Source: a virus. Taken from it: a stretch of DNA of 47,347 nt. The notes under the pieces are model-generated. The model did no database searches. It saw only the letters and a program-made list of their open reading frames with translations, and was not told the origin of the DNA. Position numbers and translations under genes: made by a program. This document shows, piece after piece, positions 18,622-27,288 of the stretch; within the stretch, counting starts at the first letter, position 1, and each line of letters starts with the position of its first letter. The stretch is taken from IMG/VR virus record IMGVR_UViG_3300023281_000775, positions 1 to 47,347 of that record; one strand, written 5' to 3'.

Positions 18622-21600
18622 TTATCCATCTTGTGTGATATACATTGTCGCGTAAAAAGTAGTTACGGTGCTCGAGCCTGAGTTCCTTGTTATTCGTGGT
18701 CTAATGCTCCAACCTGTTTCGGCCCTTAGAGGAAAAGTTTTTGTAACGGATACTGAATCCGATCCTATGGAGACGAGCGCTTCAACAGCATCGGGTAAAT
18801 CAACAAATCCGCCACCGTCATTTATTTCCCATTTGTACCTGAAATCAACTATTCCGCCTGAGCTAACCGATGTGAAATCAAAAGTTATATGACCCGCAAA
18901 CGGCTCTAATCCTGTATAGATGAAAACTCCGGCAGTGTCATTTATAAGTTTCCACCTTTCCATGGTACTTCCTGCAATAAGGGCTCCGAACTCCATATTT
19001 CGGAATGTGTTATTAGTTATGGTGCCATTTGGTGTGGCATTATTGTTCACATACGACGTGGCTATGTAATGGCTAGACTCGTAGCCACTGTTACTGGACG
19101 CTAATACCCTTGGGTCAGACTGATCAATCCCGTTTGTTGACCACGATCCTGTTTGAGTAGCGCCAAAAGTTCTATTTATTTGAAAACTATTTGTTAACTG
19201 GTTATAAACCGTTGCGCCTCCGTCGTACTGAGTTGACAAATCCGTATCAATTGTCAGTGTGTCACCATTAACAAGAGCCGTTCCCGTGTCTGTCATTGTC
19301 ACAGAATTTGACAGGAAGCTTCCCGTTTCAGTAGTGCCGAAAGGAACGCTTGATACTTCAAAATAACCTACACCCGTTGCGGTGATGATAAAAATCCCGT
19401 TGTATGCTGTATTTGTTACGAAGGTACTGACTACAACTTCTTGATTTACGAATACTGTTGGGCCAACTGTGAAGTTAAAACGCGCTATTCCGCTGCTATC
19501 TGTCACACTTGTTATTGCAGTAGCACTAACCGCGGCGTCGGCAACAACAGTAAATGTTCCCGTTGCGCCGGATGTATCAAATAGCGCGCCGCCGTCACCC
19601 TTAATCGGAGAATTTGTTATGTTAACCGGCGCTCCATCTGTCCAGGCTGGATCCACTCTTATTAAGGTTTCACCGGCTGACAGTGTGCCAAACATACCAG
19701 TAAGACCAACGTCGAACTCAGCCTGGACAGTTGATACATTTATAAACGGCTGGTTAGCTGAAATTAATGGTGATAGTTGCGCAACTCTAAAGCCTGTCAT
19801 TCTCAAAGTAAGACAGTTTGTCAGCGTTAACCCACTACCCCACCCAGCCACAACAGTTTCGACGAAATTTACAAGAGGGCCAATTAACGTATTGTCGAGT
19901 GGTCTTATTGATCCCATTTCCCAGTTTACTAACAAACACTGCGCCAATCTTACTGACGACTGACTGTCGGCTTTAATGTCGAAAAGCGTTCCGCTAACGC
20001 CTTTTACCAGTCTTAGTTCTGTGATGTAGATGTCACAGTCATCGCCGGTAAAAAAAGTACCGGTTCCAAGGAATACGACCTGTTCCCCGTTCCCGTATAT
20101 ATTCAGGTTTGCGCCCAACGTTGCGTCAAACCTTGACGCTGTATTAATAGATTCCTTGAATATAATTAATGTATTTACTGTTATTGAAATAACACCAGCG
20201 GTTGCCAAAGCTTCAAATTCAGATGAATTATGTATCTCTATAATATCTACTGGGTTAACGCTTATACGTTGCCAGACTGCCCCTACTGTAGCCGCCATGT
20301 TAAAATACAAGGCTGATTCGTCTGTATCATCCCTAACTAGAATATCACCACCGGCCCCGGTTACTACTCCGTTTGGATCGCTATTTTCAACGAATATTTT
20401 TGATATACGTGATGCGGTAGTGCTCGCTAGCGATAGTATCTCTGCACCGGTACCCGCGCCAGATTGAATCTGTACTCTATCGTTAAGGCTTTCAATTATA
20501 ACCGTTTCATCTGCTAACACGTCAATGTCGTCAAGTGACTCAAGTACTAACCGGCCACTACCAAGCGTTGTTTGTATTTTTAATTCTGTTGATGAACTTC
20601 TTATTAATGAGTTCGTTGACGCATCCATTGAAATTGTTATATCTGTGCCGTCCCCTAATCCCTCTAGTGTAAATAAATCGTCGGTTGCTGTATCTTCCAG
20701 AACTAAATGGGCCGAAGTACTTCCGGTATAAATTCTAACGGTATTTAACGCCCCGCCAGTTTCGCCAGAAATTCTTGCAACGTTGCTTGACCCGTCCGCG
20801 AATGTTATCACCCCCGCGGTGTCCTGAGTTTGGATGAGAATATCGTCCGACGATAGAATCTCAAGGTCGGTTGTAGTGAGTACTCTTACTAAATCGGTTC
20901 CTTCTAAATACTCAAAAACGCCTTGTAGTACGTTTGAACTATCTTCTACCGCAAAACCCGCTATACCGGTAACACTCGGTGAAAATATAACAGCGGAATT
21001 AGTAGTGGCACCGTCGATAACAGTTAAAGGGGAGTCAGATAATAGCTTTCCTGTCGTTCCGTCCCATAAAGCGACAGCGGTATCGGTACTCGAAGACGGC
21101 CCTGTTACGCCAGAACTCGAACTAATAAGGTCTATCCAATCCGTTGTTGTTGCACCGGTGCCCTCGTGTATAAATATGCTTGAACTTGCACCATTTTTGC
21201 TGAAATAAACGTCACCGGGGGAACCGGTAACATTATTTAATGGAGAACGCGAACCGACAAACATATTTATCGCGGCACCATTCGCACCGCCGGTTTCTAA
21301 ATTTAATAAATTCTGTGTGTCGGGGAGCTGATAACCTACCAACTGAATGTCGGCGACATTATCATTTACGCTTAGAATTAAATCGTTAAATTGCGATCCT
21401 ACTTCAAGGTCACCTAACAACGATAACATTAACGTTAATTTTGTATTATCGTTGAATTGCAAATAAGAAGCTTGCACACCTAAACTGTCTTGCAGTTCGT
21501 AACGTGCTGTATCGTTCGTACCCGGTGCCTCAAGCTCAATTGTAAACACTGATGCAGCAAATACGGCTCTAAAATTCCCCTCACTGCTTAGCAAATTACC

Positions 21601-24600
21601 TGCCGTGCCATTCCAGCTTGCAATAGCATTATTTACGCTTGTATCTGGGCCGTCCAAATCACCAAATATTTTTTTCCACCCTGTATTTGTAACCGCTCCT
21701 GACCGATGCTGATATATTGAAGAGTCCGCACCATTTGACTGGAAATAAAATGAACCTGGATTTCCAGTAACATTACCTTCTGGATTTCTGGTTCCAAGAA
21801 AAACACTCATTGTTGAACCATTTGCACCGCCTGTTTCCCACGCCATCAAAGGCAGCGTGTCTGGCAGCGCACTTCCCGATATTCCTATAACGCCGGTTGC
21901 GCTTTGTGTATCAATATCTATGTTGTCAGATGAATGTAAATCGAGGTCGGTTGTGGTTAATATCCGGACTAAGTCGGTTCCTTCTAAATACTCAAAAACC
22001 CCTTGCAATACGTTTGAACTATCTTCTACCGCAAAACCCGCTATACCCGTAACACTTGGTGAAAATATAACGGCAGAATTAGAGGTAACGCCATCTATGA
22101 CAGTTAAAGGGGAGTCAGCAAGCAACGCGCCGGTGGTGCCGTCCCATAAAGCGACAGCGGTATCGGTACTTGACGAGGGTCCCTGTACCCCGCTAGATGC
22201 ATGTAAAAAGTCTGTCCACCCTGTATTACCACCATCGGACCTTTTCAAGAATAAGTCTGAACTTGTACCACTATCCCTAAAGTACAGCGCTCCGCCATCG
22301 GCTGTTATAAGTCCTTCTGGTGCTCTTGAGCCGACATAGAAATTAATTTGACCTCCATTAGCCCCCGATGTTAATAATTCTAAAAGTGGATTTGTATCGG
22401 GCGAGGAAACATTGATAATACCGAGTTTAGAAGTCGCTCCGCCAATTACAATCGCGATATCTTCGTCGGTTGCGGTTATTAATTCTAGCGGTCCTACTTC
22501 TCCTGATATGACTGATTTATTAGTGTTATCATCATAATCAATCATTAGGCCGGTACCTCCGCCGGCGTCCGACAATGTTATCTGTGCGGTACCCGATGTA
22601 GTTATCGCTTCGATATCAAGTCTTGAATCTGCGGCGCCCTCTATCATAAAAATACCGGCACCGATTTGTAGTGTCTTTGCGGTATTGGTTGGATTAATTA
22701 TAAAAGCGTCGGTTGTATCGTTGTACTGTATTGTTGCAACCGATACATCTGAAAAGTCTACAAATTCTATGGTTGTTGTGCCGGATGATGGAGGTTTTAA
22801 ACCTAGTGTTTTTGTTGTCGTATTGTATGTTAAATTTGAATCGCCGCCAAAAACCCCGCCATTGTTAAACTGAATGCTCTCGTTTGATCCCCCCGGTGAT
22901 GTTATTCCAGGTACAGATGAGGCCGCACTTTGCGCGCCGGTTATTCTAAAACTGGATTGATTGAAAAATTCTGCGTCGCCCGTATCACTTAAATCTGTTG
23001 CATCTTCCGCAATAAGTAGCGCACACCGGTATAGCATATACGGGAATGGCGTTTGCTCCTCAAATTGTTCACTACCTAAAGACTCTAACGCTAAACTTTT
23101 AGACGCAAAAATTTCTTGCCCATAAGTTACCGTTGTCCCCCCGTCCCTACTTCTAAATATACGCTGTATGGTCCAATTTCCGGCGGGAACAGTCTGTAGA
23201 GTTCCAGAACCGTTGTCATACATTGTTGGGCCGATAAGTGTGGTTGGCGAGGGTTCAAATATCGCGCCCGCTCCGGTAGACCTATAGCTTCTAAGAAAAG
23301 TAACAGGCGCGGCGCTAGCGAATGAAACTATATCTGAAAAACCGGGGTCGTTTCTGAAATTGGATCCAAGAAAAAACCCACGCCCACCTAAAACGTCGAT
23401 GTTTAAATTTGTACCATTTGCGCCGTATATATTGCCGTCAACATTTGCGGGCCCTATTATCTGAGACATAAAAGTGTTAAAACTTTCAATACCGTCATAG
23501 GCAACATTAAGTGGAGCTGTAATAATATTTGTAATAGTTCCCGATGTATGCGCGACTAAACCTATTATTATATTTTCTCGTTCGTTTGCCGCTGTTAATG
23601 CACTGGCTAATATTTCAACCATGGACCCGGCGGCGTTATACGCTATAAAAGTTCCGTCGGTTGACGCGATATTAGTCGGCGTGAAACCTGTTACCGCCGC
23701 CCAGGTAACCTCGGATATTACGGGGGATTCAGGGTTATCATAATCGGCTACCTGCCCGCTTCCGGCTGTCCAATCTACGGTAGTTCCGCTTGCCGCGGAT
23801 ATCAAACCCCCTTCCAGTAGCCCAGTAGCCTGGGATCTAATGGCTAGCGCTCTATCGGCCAGGTCAGTCGGCGGCCCGTCGTGGACTTCTAAAACAAGGT
23901 AAGGTGTTCCACCTATCTCCCCCTTAAGGTCTACCGAATCCCCTTTAAAAGAAAAATCTAACTGTTGCCCATTCTCAACTAAAAAAGGAACAAATCCGAA
24001 GTAGTACTCTGTCGCCGTATCCGTGCCTTCCTCGGCAAAGAAAAACATAATCTCTAGCGGCCCACCTAAACTAAGACCTGGGGCGGATCCTTCCCACGCG
24101 GCCTTGCTGGGTAGATATCTAACAGCTAAACCCGTAGCGTTATCCGTTACGCGCATAGTGACATTGGCCATGGGTCCGTTAGTTTTTAGCGTGGCTCTAT
24201 CGACCAATGTTACATCGGGGAGCGTGGCGGCCCCGGTGATAGAAAAATTCAACGGGTTAGCCGTCAATGTCTGGGTATCGTCTAAATTTATGTTGCTGTT
24301 GAACGGATCCCCAAATTTAAAGTAGGCCGGTGTAGAAGCTCCGCCAGCGTCGGAAAAATCTGAATTGACAGAAAACGCCATTGAGTCTTTTAACTTATCG
24401 ACAATAACTAGGTCAGCGACGCCTTCGGATAGTTGCAAGGCCTCACCGACATTAATCGATCCGCTAGGTACGTTTACGGTGTCGTCGAAAGTCACCTCTC
24501 CCGTGGATTGATCTACGTTTATTCCTTGAGATGTAAATTCACTACCATCGGATACCGCTACCGTACCCGCCTGTAAGCTTGTTGCGGATGATCCACTCTC

Positions 24601-24888
24601 CCCTTGAATCAGACTAGTGACGTCAACCCAAGTACTATTCTGTCTTTGCTGGTAAATCGCCGTATCGGGGTCCGTCCCCGTTAGCACAAGTTTAATAATT
24701 AAAAATTCATTTGCGTCGAGGGTCGCCAGGTCCGCCGGGTTAGCACCAAAATAAACGTCCCTGGCCGATTCCGCCGCCGTTTGATCAACCCCGGTATAAA
24801 TCGCCGGTTGGTTGTCCGCCGTTTGCGTAAATAGTTGAAAACCCGCACCGCCCCCCACTTGTAACCCGTACCCCGCTCGTGCTGCCAT
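18622..24888 (-). CDS. Giant repeat-modular fibre/adhesin-like protein (2088 aa), function unknown
   Basis: Uninterrupted 6267-nt ORF with an ATG start 5 nt after the upstream stop. Four internal modules share terminal motifs, and fibre-like motifs are present (SIQFNNGGVFGGDSNLTYN, GPSSSTDTAVALWDGTTG). Confidence 0.85.
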   Translation of the reverse strand: MAARAGYGLQVGGGAGFQLFTQTADNQPAIYTGVDQTAAESARDVYFGANPADLATLDANEFLIIKLVLTGTDPDTAIYQQRQNSTWVDVTSLIQGESGSSATSLQAGTVAVSDGSEFTSQGINVDQSTGEVTFDDTVNVPSGSINVGEALQLSEGVADLVIVDKLKDSMAFSVNSDFSDAGGASTPAYFKFGDPFNSNINLDDTQTLTANPLNFSITGAATLPDVTLVDRATLKTNGPMANVTMRVTDNATGLAVRYLPSKAAWEGSAPGLSLGGPLEIMFFFAEEGTDTATEYYFGFVPFLVENGQQLDFSFKGDSVDLKGEIGGTPYLVLEVHDGPPTDLADRALAIRSQATGLLEGGLISAASGTTVDWTAGSGQVADYDNPESPVISEVTWAAVTGFTPTNIASTDGTFIAYNAAGSMVEILASALTAANERENIIIGLVAHTSGTITNIITAPLNVAYDGIESFNTFMSQIIGPANVDGNIYGANGTNLNIDVLGGRGFFLGSNFRNDPGFSDIVSFASAAPVTFLRSYRSTGAGAIFEPSPTTLIGPTMYDNGSGTLQTVPAGNWTIQRIFRSRDGGTTVTYGQEIFASKSLALESLGSEQFEEQTPFPYMLYRCALLIAEDATDLSDTGDAEFFNQSSFRITGAQSAASSVPGITSPGGSNESIQFNNGGVFGGDSNLTYNTTTKTLGLKPPSSGTTTIEFVDFSDVSVATIQYNDTTDAFIINPTNTAKTLQIGAGIFMIEGAADSRLDIEAITTSGTAQITLSDAGGGTGLMIDYDDNTNKSVISGEVGPLELITATDEDIAIVIGGATSKLGIINVSSPDTNPLLELLTSGANGGQINFYVGSRAPEGLITADGGALYFRDSGTSSDLFLKRSDGGNTGWTDFLHASSGVQGPSSSTDTAVALWDGTTGALLADSPLTVIDGVTSNSAVIFSPSVTGIAGFAVEDSSNVLQGVFEYLEGTDLVRILTTTDLDLHSSDNIDIDTQSATGVIGISGSALPDTLPLMAWETGGANGSTMSVFLGTRNPEGNVTGNPGSFYFQSNGADSSIYQHRSGAVTNTGWKKIFGDLDGPDTSVNNAIASWNGTAGNLLSSEGNFRAVFAASVFTIELEAPGTNDTARYELQDSLGVQASYLQFNDNTKLTLMLSLLGDLEVGSQFNDLILSVNDNVADIQLVGYQLPDTQNLLNLETGGANGAAINMFVGSRSPLNNVTGSPGDVYFSKNGASSSIFIHEGTGATTTDWIDLISSSSGVTGPSSSTDTAVALWDGTTGKLLSDSPLTVIDGATTNSAVIFSPSVTGIAGFAVEDSSNVLQGVFEYLEGTDLVRVLTTTDLEILSSDDILIQTQDTAGVITFADGSSNVARISGETGGALNTVRIYTGSTSAHLVLEDTATDDLFTLEGLGDGTDITISMDASTNSLIRSSSTELKIQTTLGSGRLVLESLDDIDVLADETVIIESLNDRVQIQSGAGTGAEILSLASTTASRISKIFVENSDPNGVVTGAGGDILVRDDTDESALYFNMAATVGAVWQRISVNPVDIIEIHNSSEFEALATAGVISITVNTLIIFKESINTASRFDATLGANLNIYGNGEQVVFLGTGTFFTGDDCDIYITELRLVKGVSGTLFDIKADSQSSVRLAQCLLVNWEMGSIRPLDNTLIGPLVNFVETVVAGWGSGLTLTNCLTLRMTGFRVAQLSPLISANQPFINVSTVQAEFDVGLTGMFGTLSAGETLIRVDPAWTDGAPVNITNSPIKGDGGALFDTSGATGTFTVVADAAVSATAITSVTDSSGIARFNFTVGPTVFVNQEVVVSTFVTNTAYNGIFIITATGVGYFEVSSVPFGTTETGSFLSNSVTMTDTGTALVNGDTLTIDTDLSTQYDGGATVYNQLTNSFQINRTFGATQTGSWSTNGIDQSDPRVLASSNSGYESSHYIATSYVNNNATPNGTITNNTFRNMEFGALIAGSTMERWKLINDTAGVFIYTGLEPFAGHITFDFTSVSSGGIVDFRYKWEINDGGGFVDLPDAVEALVSIGSDSVSVTKTFPLRAETGWSIRPRITRNSGSSTVTTFYATMYITQDG
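20839..21102 (-). repeat. Intragenic repeat copy 2 (about 264 bp; aa 1263-1350 of the giant ORF)
   Basis: Lies exactly 1080 nt (360 codons) from copy 1. Shared runs include ggttccttctaaatactcaaaaac and gtttgaactatcttctaccgcaaaacccgctatacc. Confidence 0.9.
21919..22182 (-). repeat. Intragenic repeat copy 1 (about 264 bp; aa 903-990 of the giant ORF)
   Basis: GPSSSTDTAVALWDGTTGALLADSPLTVIDGVTSNSAVIFSPSVTGIAGFAVEDSSNVLQGVFEYLEGTDLVRILTTTDL; 79/88 aa identical to copy 2, with long identical nucleotide runs. Confidence 0.9.
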
Positions 24889-24892
24889 AGTC

Positions 24893-25231
24893 TTAGCCCT
24901 CCCAACTGTTAACAGTTATCTGGTAGGTGTACCCGGCATTTAACCCGGCGATAGTGAAAAAGTATTTTTGCGCGCTGGAAAGCTCCGGAAGCCACGCCCG
25001 CGCGTCGGTGGATAGGTCTATCGTCTCGGAAAAGTCTTCGCGTTGGTCCGCCCCGATTTTCTGGACTTGCCCGGTTATCACGCCAACCGCCGCGACGCCC
25101 GAAACCCCGCCAGCGTTAAAAATAGTGATTGTTATCTCGTGCCAACGGCGTTCCGCGTTGGCCCCCAGGTTGACTTCCGCCTCGCCTTGGGCTTCGGTAA
25201 AAGGTCCGAATTCTTGGAATGTAACCGTCAT
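24893..25231 (-). CDS. Hypothetical protein co-transcribed with the giant ORF
   Basis: 112-aa ORF with GGGGGGAG 6 nt upstream of its ATG; its stop is 4 nt before the giant ORF start. Confidence 0.6.
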   Translation of the reverse strand: MTVTFQEFGPFTEAQGEAEVNLGANAERRWHEITITIFNAGGVSGVAAVGVITGQVQKIGADQREDFSETIDLSTDARAWLPELSSAQKYFFTIAGLNAGYTYQITVNSWEG

Positions 25232-25295
25232 AAATACTCCCCCCGTCGTGTGCCATTCACTAACATCGACGACAGTATAGCGGACTTTTTAGGGG

Positions 25296-25331
25296 GGAAT
25301 AAGGAAAGCCCGAGGCCTAAAAGGCCCCAGG
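25296..25331 (-). terminator. Candidate intrinsic terminator/attenuator between the 163-aa gene and the giant-ORF unit
   Basis: The minus strand reads CCUGGGGCC-UUUUA-GGCCUCGGG (9-bp stem with two G-U pairs) followed by CUUUCCUUAUUCC. Confidence 0.4.
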
Positions 25332-25366
25332 TTATGGGGAGGGTATTTCGTGTTTCGTATAGCGTA

Positions 25367-25858
25367 CTATATTATATTATCGCCCGCAGCGATATCGCAA
25401 CACGCGACAAGCCGGGTATTGAGTTGGTGGCGGAGTCCGATTCGAGGCGCGAGAGCGGCGTAATACTCGTGTAGCCGGCCGGCGTAGCTGCGTCGTAACT
25501 CTCGGGGCTTTAATTCGTGCATCCGCCGGAGCTCCTCGCATAGGTGTATGTCGATAGCCGGTTTGCCGATATCGACGCCTATCGTTTCACGTAATATCCT
25601 AACCGCGTTACTTACTGAGGTTAAAATACAGCAATCAAAATACAAAAATCTAAAATCCTCTGGTAAGTAGTCCGCTAACGACCTGGCCCACAACGGCAGA
25701 TAATAACAATCAAAAGCGTCCCGTATCGTTACCTCGTCCATTTTCATAGATTGGGGGAAGCAAGTATCTGGAACCCCGAACCGTGTCTCGCGCTCGTTAA
25801 TTTTTTGTATGCGTTTTTGTTCGAAGTGGTTTATATGCAACATGATTTCGTTAAGCAT
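25367..25858 (-). CDS. Hypothetical protein (weak resemblance to a peptidoglycan-binding helical domain)
   Basis: 163-aa ORF. The segment LYFDCCILTSVSNAVRILRETIGVDIGKPAIDIHLCEEL only loosely recalls PG_binding_3-type domains, and no catalytic motif was seen. Confidence 0.5.
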   Translation of the reverse strand: MLNEIMLHINHFEQKRIQKINERETRFGVPDTCFPQSMKMDEVTIRDAFDCYYLPLWARSLADYLPEDFRFLYFDCCILTSVSNAVRILRETIGVDIGKPAIDIHLCEELRRMHELKPRELRRSYAGRLHEYYAALAPRIGLRHQLNTRLVACCDIAAGDNII

Positions 25859-25889
25859 TTTTCATATTCTCCAATCGTTGGTTAAGCGG

Positions 25890-26081
25890 TTAAACTTTCT
25901 TAAATACGAAACCGTTCTCGCCCGGTCCCGCGTATTCGAGCCCGTATTCGAGATATGTTTCAAGGATATGTAAGTCGATACCGAAACCTATCTCTACCTC
26001 GACATAGTTATCCGATAGCTCGGTGACTACGTTACCTTCGCTTTCTATGTGGTCTAAATTTTCCTGTTTAAATACCCCCAT
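25890..26081 (-). CDS. Small acidic hypothetical protein
   Basis: 63-aa ORF with an ATG start. Its only SD-like GGGGA lies inside the upstream hairpin. Confidence 0.45.
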   Translation of the reverse strand: MGVFKQENLDHIESEGNVVTELSDNYVEVEIGFGIDLHILETYLEYGLEYAGPGENGFVFKKV

Positions 26082-26084
26082 AAT

Positions 26085-26116
26085 AAAAAATCCCCGTGTT
26101 TTTTAAGACTACGGGG
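26085..26116 (-). terminator. Hairpin plus U-tract immediately upstream of the 63-aa gene (terminator/attenuator candidate)
   Basis: The minus strand reads CCCCGU-(13-nt loop)-ACGGGG followed by AUUUUUUAUUAUG. The 6-bp GC stem with a large loop makes it only moderately convincing. Confidence 0.4.
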
Positions 26117-26171
26117 TTATGTTACGTGGTGCACAACAAGAGTTCAACTAGATATTTTTATTATATTTTGC

Positions 26172-26177
26172 ACTATA
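26172..26177 (-). promoter_or_regulatory. -10-like element inside the shared decamer GGTATAGTGC
   Basis: The minus strand reads cggcggcGGTATAGTGCaaaat, the same 10-mer as at the early promoter candidate (31254-31263). There is no good -35. Confidence 0.3.
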
Positions 26178-26320
26178 CCGCCGCCGGTATGCTCCCGGCA
26201 CACGAACCATTCGGGCTTGTTTATTGTCATTCGTTGGGCGCTTTTTGATGCCGAAACAAAAGGTAAGATTGGCTACCGCTAACCCAATTACTACGCATAA
26301 ACCATTACGTAAAAAGTCGA

Positions 26321-26884
26321 TTATCGTTTAAGGGACCGCATTATCATGCCAGCAAACCCCGTGTTTACTGGCTCTCCGACGCTTGCCGCGTATCGCGCTT
26401 TTTTTTCTTCGGTACGCATTCCGAAATGCGCGCGGAGTAAAACGATAGGCGTACCGATTAAAGCGAGCAACGGCCAGACGGCGGCGTCTATGATTTTTAT
26501 GGTCTCGTAATCGTTGCCGAGAATCGCCCAGGCGAGCGCAAACGAAATAGGCAATATGCTGGCGCAAACGGTAAACGCCATAAGCAACGCGATAAACGGT
26601 CGAGTACTCGCGCCCGCCGCGTCGGTTTCGCTGTGGGTCTTTTGTATATCCGCCCAGGTTTCGGCCTTACGTATCTCGAGGTCGATTTCTTTTTCGAGTA
26701 GCTGTAATTGTTGATTCGATGGAAGCGTACCGAGAACGTTTTCGACTTGCTCGCCGTTCGCATTCATTGGTATTTTATCGCTCTCAGGTAAAAACGCATT
26801 GATAGCCGCAACCGCCGCCCCTAACGCTGGGTTAGCGTAAGCCACAACGCCCGCCGCGCCCCTGATTATGTCTTTTATTTTCAC
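26321..26884 (-). CDS. Holin-like membrane protein (GTA-type 3TM holin family-like)
   Basis: The GTG start (26884-26882) overlaps the endolysin TGA as GTGA. A helical N half is followed by hydrophobic segments FIALLMAFTVCASILPISFALAWAILG and AAVWPLLALIGTPIVLL. Family assigned from memory. Confidence 0.6.
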   Translation of the reverse strand: MKIKDIIRGAAGVVAYANPALGAAVAAINAFLPESDKIPMNANGEQVENVLGTLPSNQQLQLLEKEIDLEIRKAETWADIQKTHSETDAAGASTRPFIALLMAFTVCASILPISFALAWAILGNDYETIKIIDAAVWPLLALIGTPIVLLRAHFGMRTEEKKARYAASVGEPVNTGFAGMIMRSLKR

Positions 26885-27288
26885 GATATCACCCAATCGA
26901 TGCCGTTTTCGCAAATGAAATATTGCTTATTAACGCTTTTGTAGTCGCAGTGATAAAAATTGTTTTCCGGGTAATAACAAATACGCGTGTAAGGGCTTTT
27001 GTTAACGAGAACAACCCCCAGTTGCTCGATACGTTCGTGTGCGGTGTAGTCGGCCGCACCCTTACTCAAACCTTTAAAACAATGCTCTGAATCCCCCGAA
27101 CGGAACTTTTTTAATTCGTGTTCGACACTTCGATAACCGGATTTTTTAGACACGAGGATAGGCGCGTTAAAAATATGCCGGACTTCATTCATAGGTAAGA
27201 TATGGTACGTTATTATCTTGTTAGCGATAGCCGGGGGTATGAGTTCCTCGGCGGTGAATTCTTGTATCGTGAAGTAATTGAAGCTCAT
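26881..27288 (-). CDS. Endolysin, zinc peptidase M15 family
   Basis: SGYRS...SEHCF..GAADYT...YHCDY matches the SxH / D / HxD metal-binding pattern of M15 peptidoglycan peptidases. The ATG (27288) overlaps the upstream stop as ATGA. Confidence 0.75.
   Translation of the reverse strand: MSFNYFTIQEFTAEELIPPAIANKIITYHILPMNEVRHIFNAPILVSKKSGYRSVEHELKKFRSGDSEHCFKGLSKGAADYTAHERIEQLGVVLVNKSPYTRICYYPENNFYHCDYKSVNKQYFICENGIDWVIS

Noticed and set aside
20839-22182. The giant-ORF repeat pair as template/variable repeats of a diversity-generating retroelement
   Set aside because: No reverse transcriptase gene exists anywhere in the circle. Both copies are in-frame parts of the same ORF, and the mismatches between them are of mixed types rather than adenine-specific.
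18668-24325. Plus-strand ORFs inside the giant gene (for example 19469-19963, 20834-21208, 21857-22339)
   Set aside because: They are antisense to an unbroken 6.3-kb ORF. Two of them are similar only because they mirror the intragenic repeat.
25367-25858. Calling the 163-aa protein a GH108-type muramidase or a spanin
   Set aside because: There is only a loose resemblance to a peptidoglycan-binding helical domain. I saw no catalytic EGG-type motif, no TM segment and no lipobox.
26144-26230. 28-aa minus-strand ORF (MTINKPEWFVCREHTGGGIVQNIIKISS) in the 240-nt gap after the 3TM-holin gene
   Set aside because: It has no SD, is very short and overlaps the -10-like element. I could not separate it from chance.
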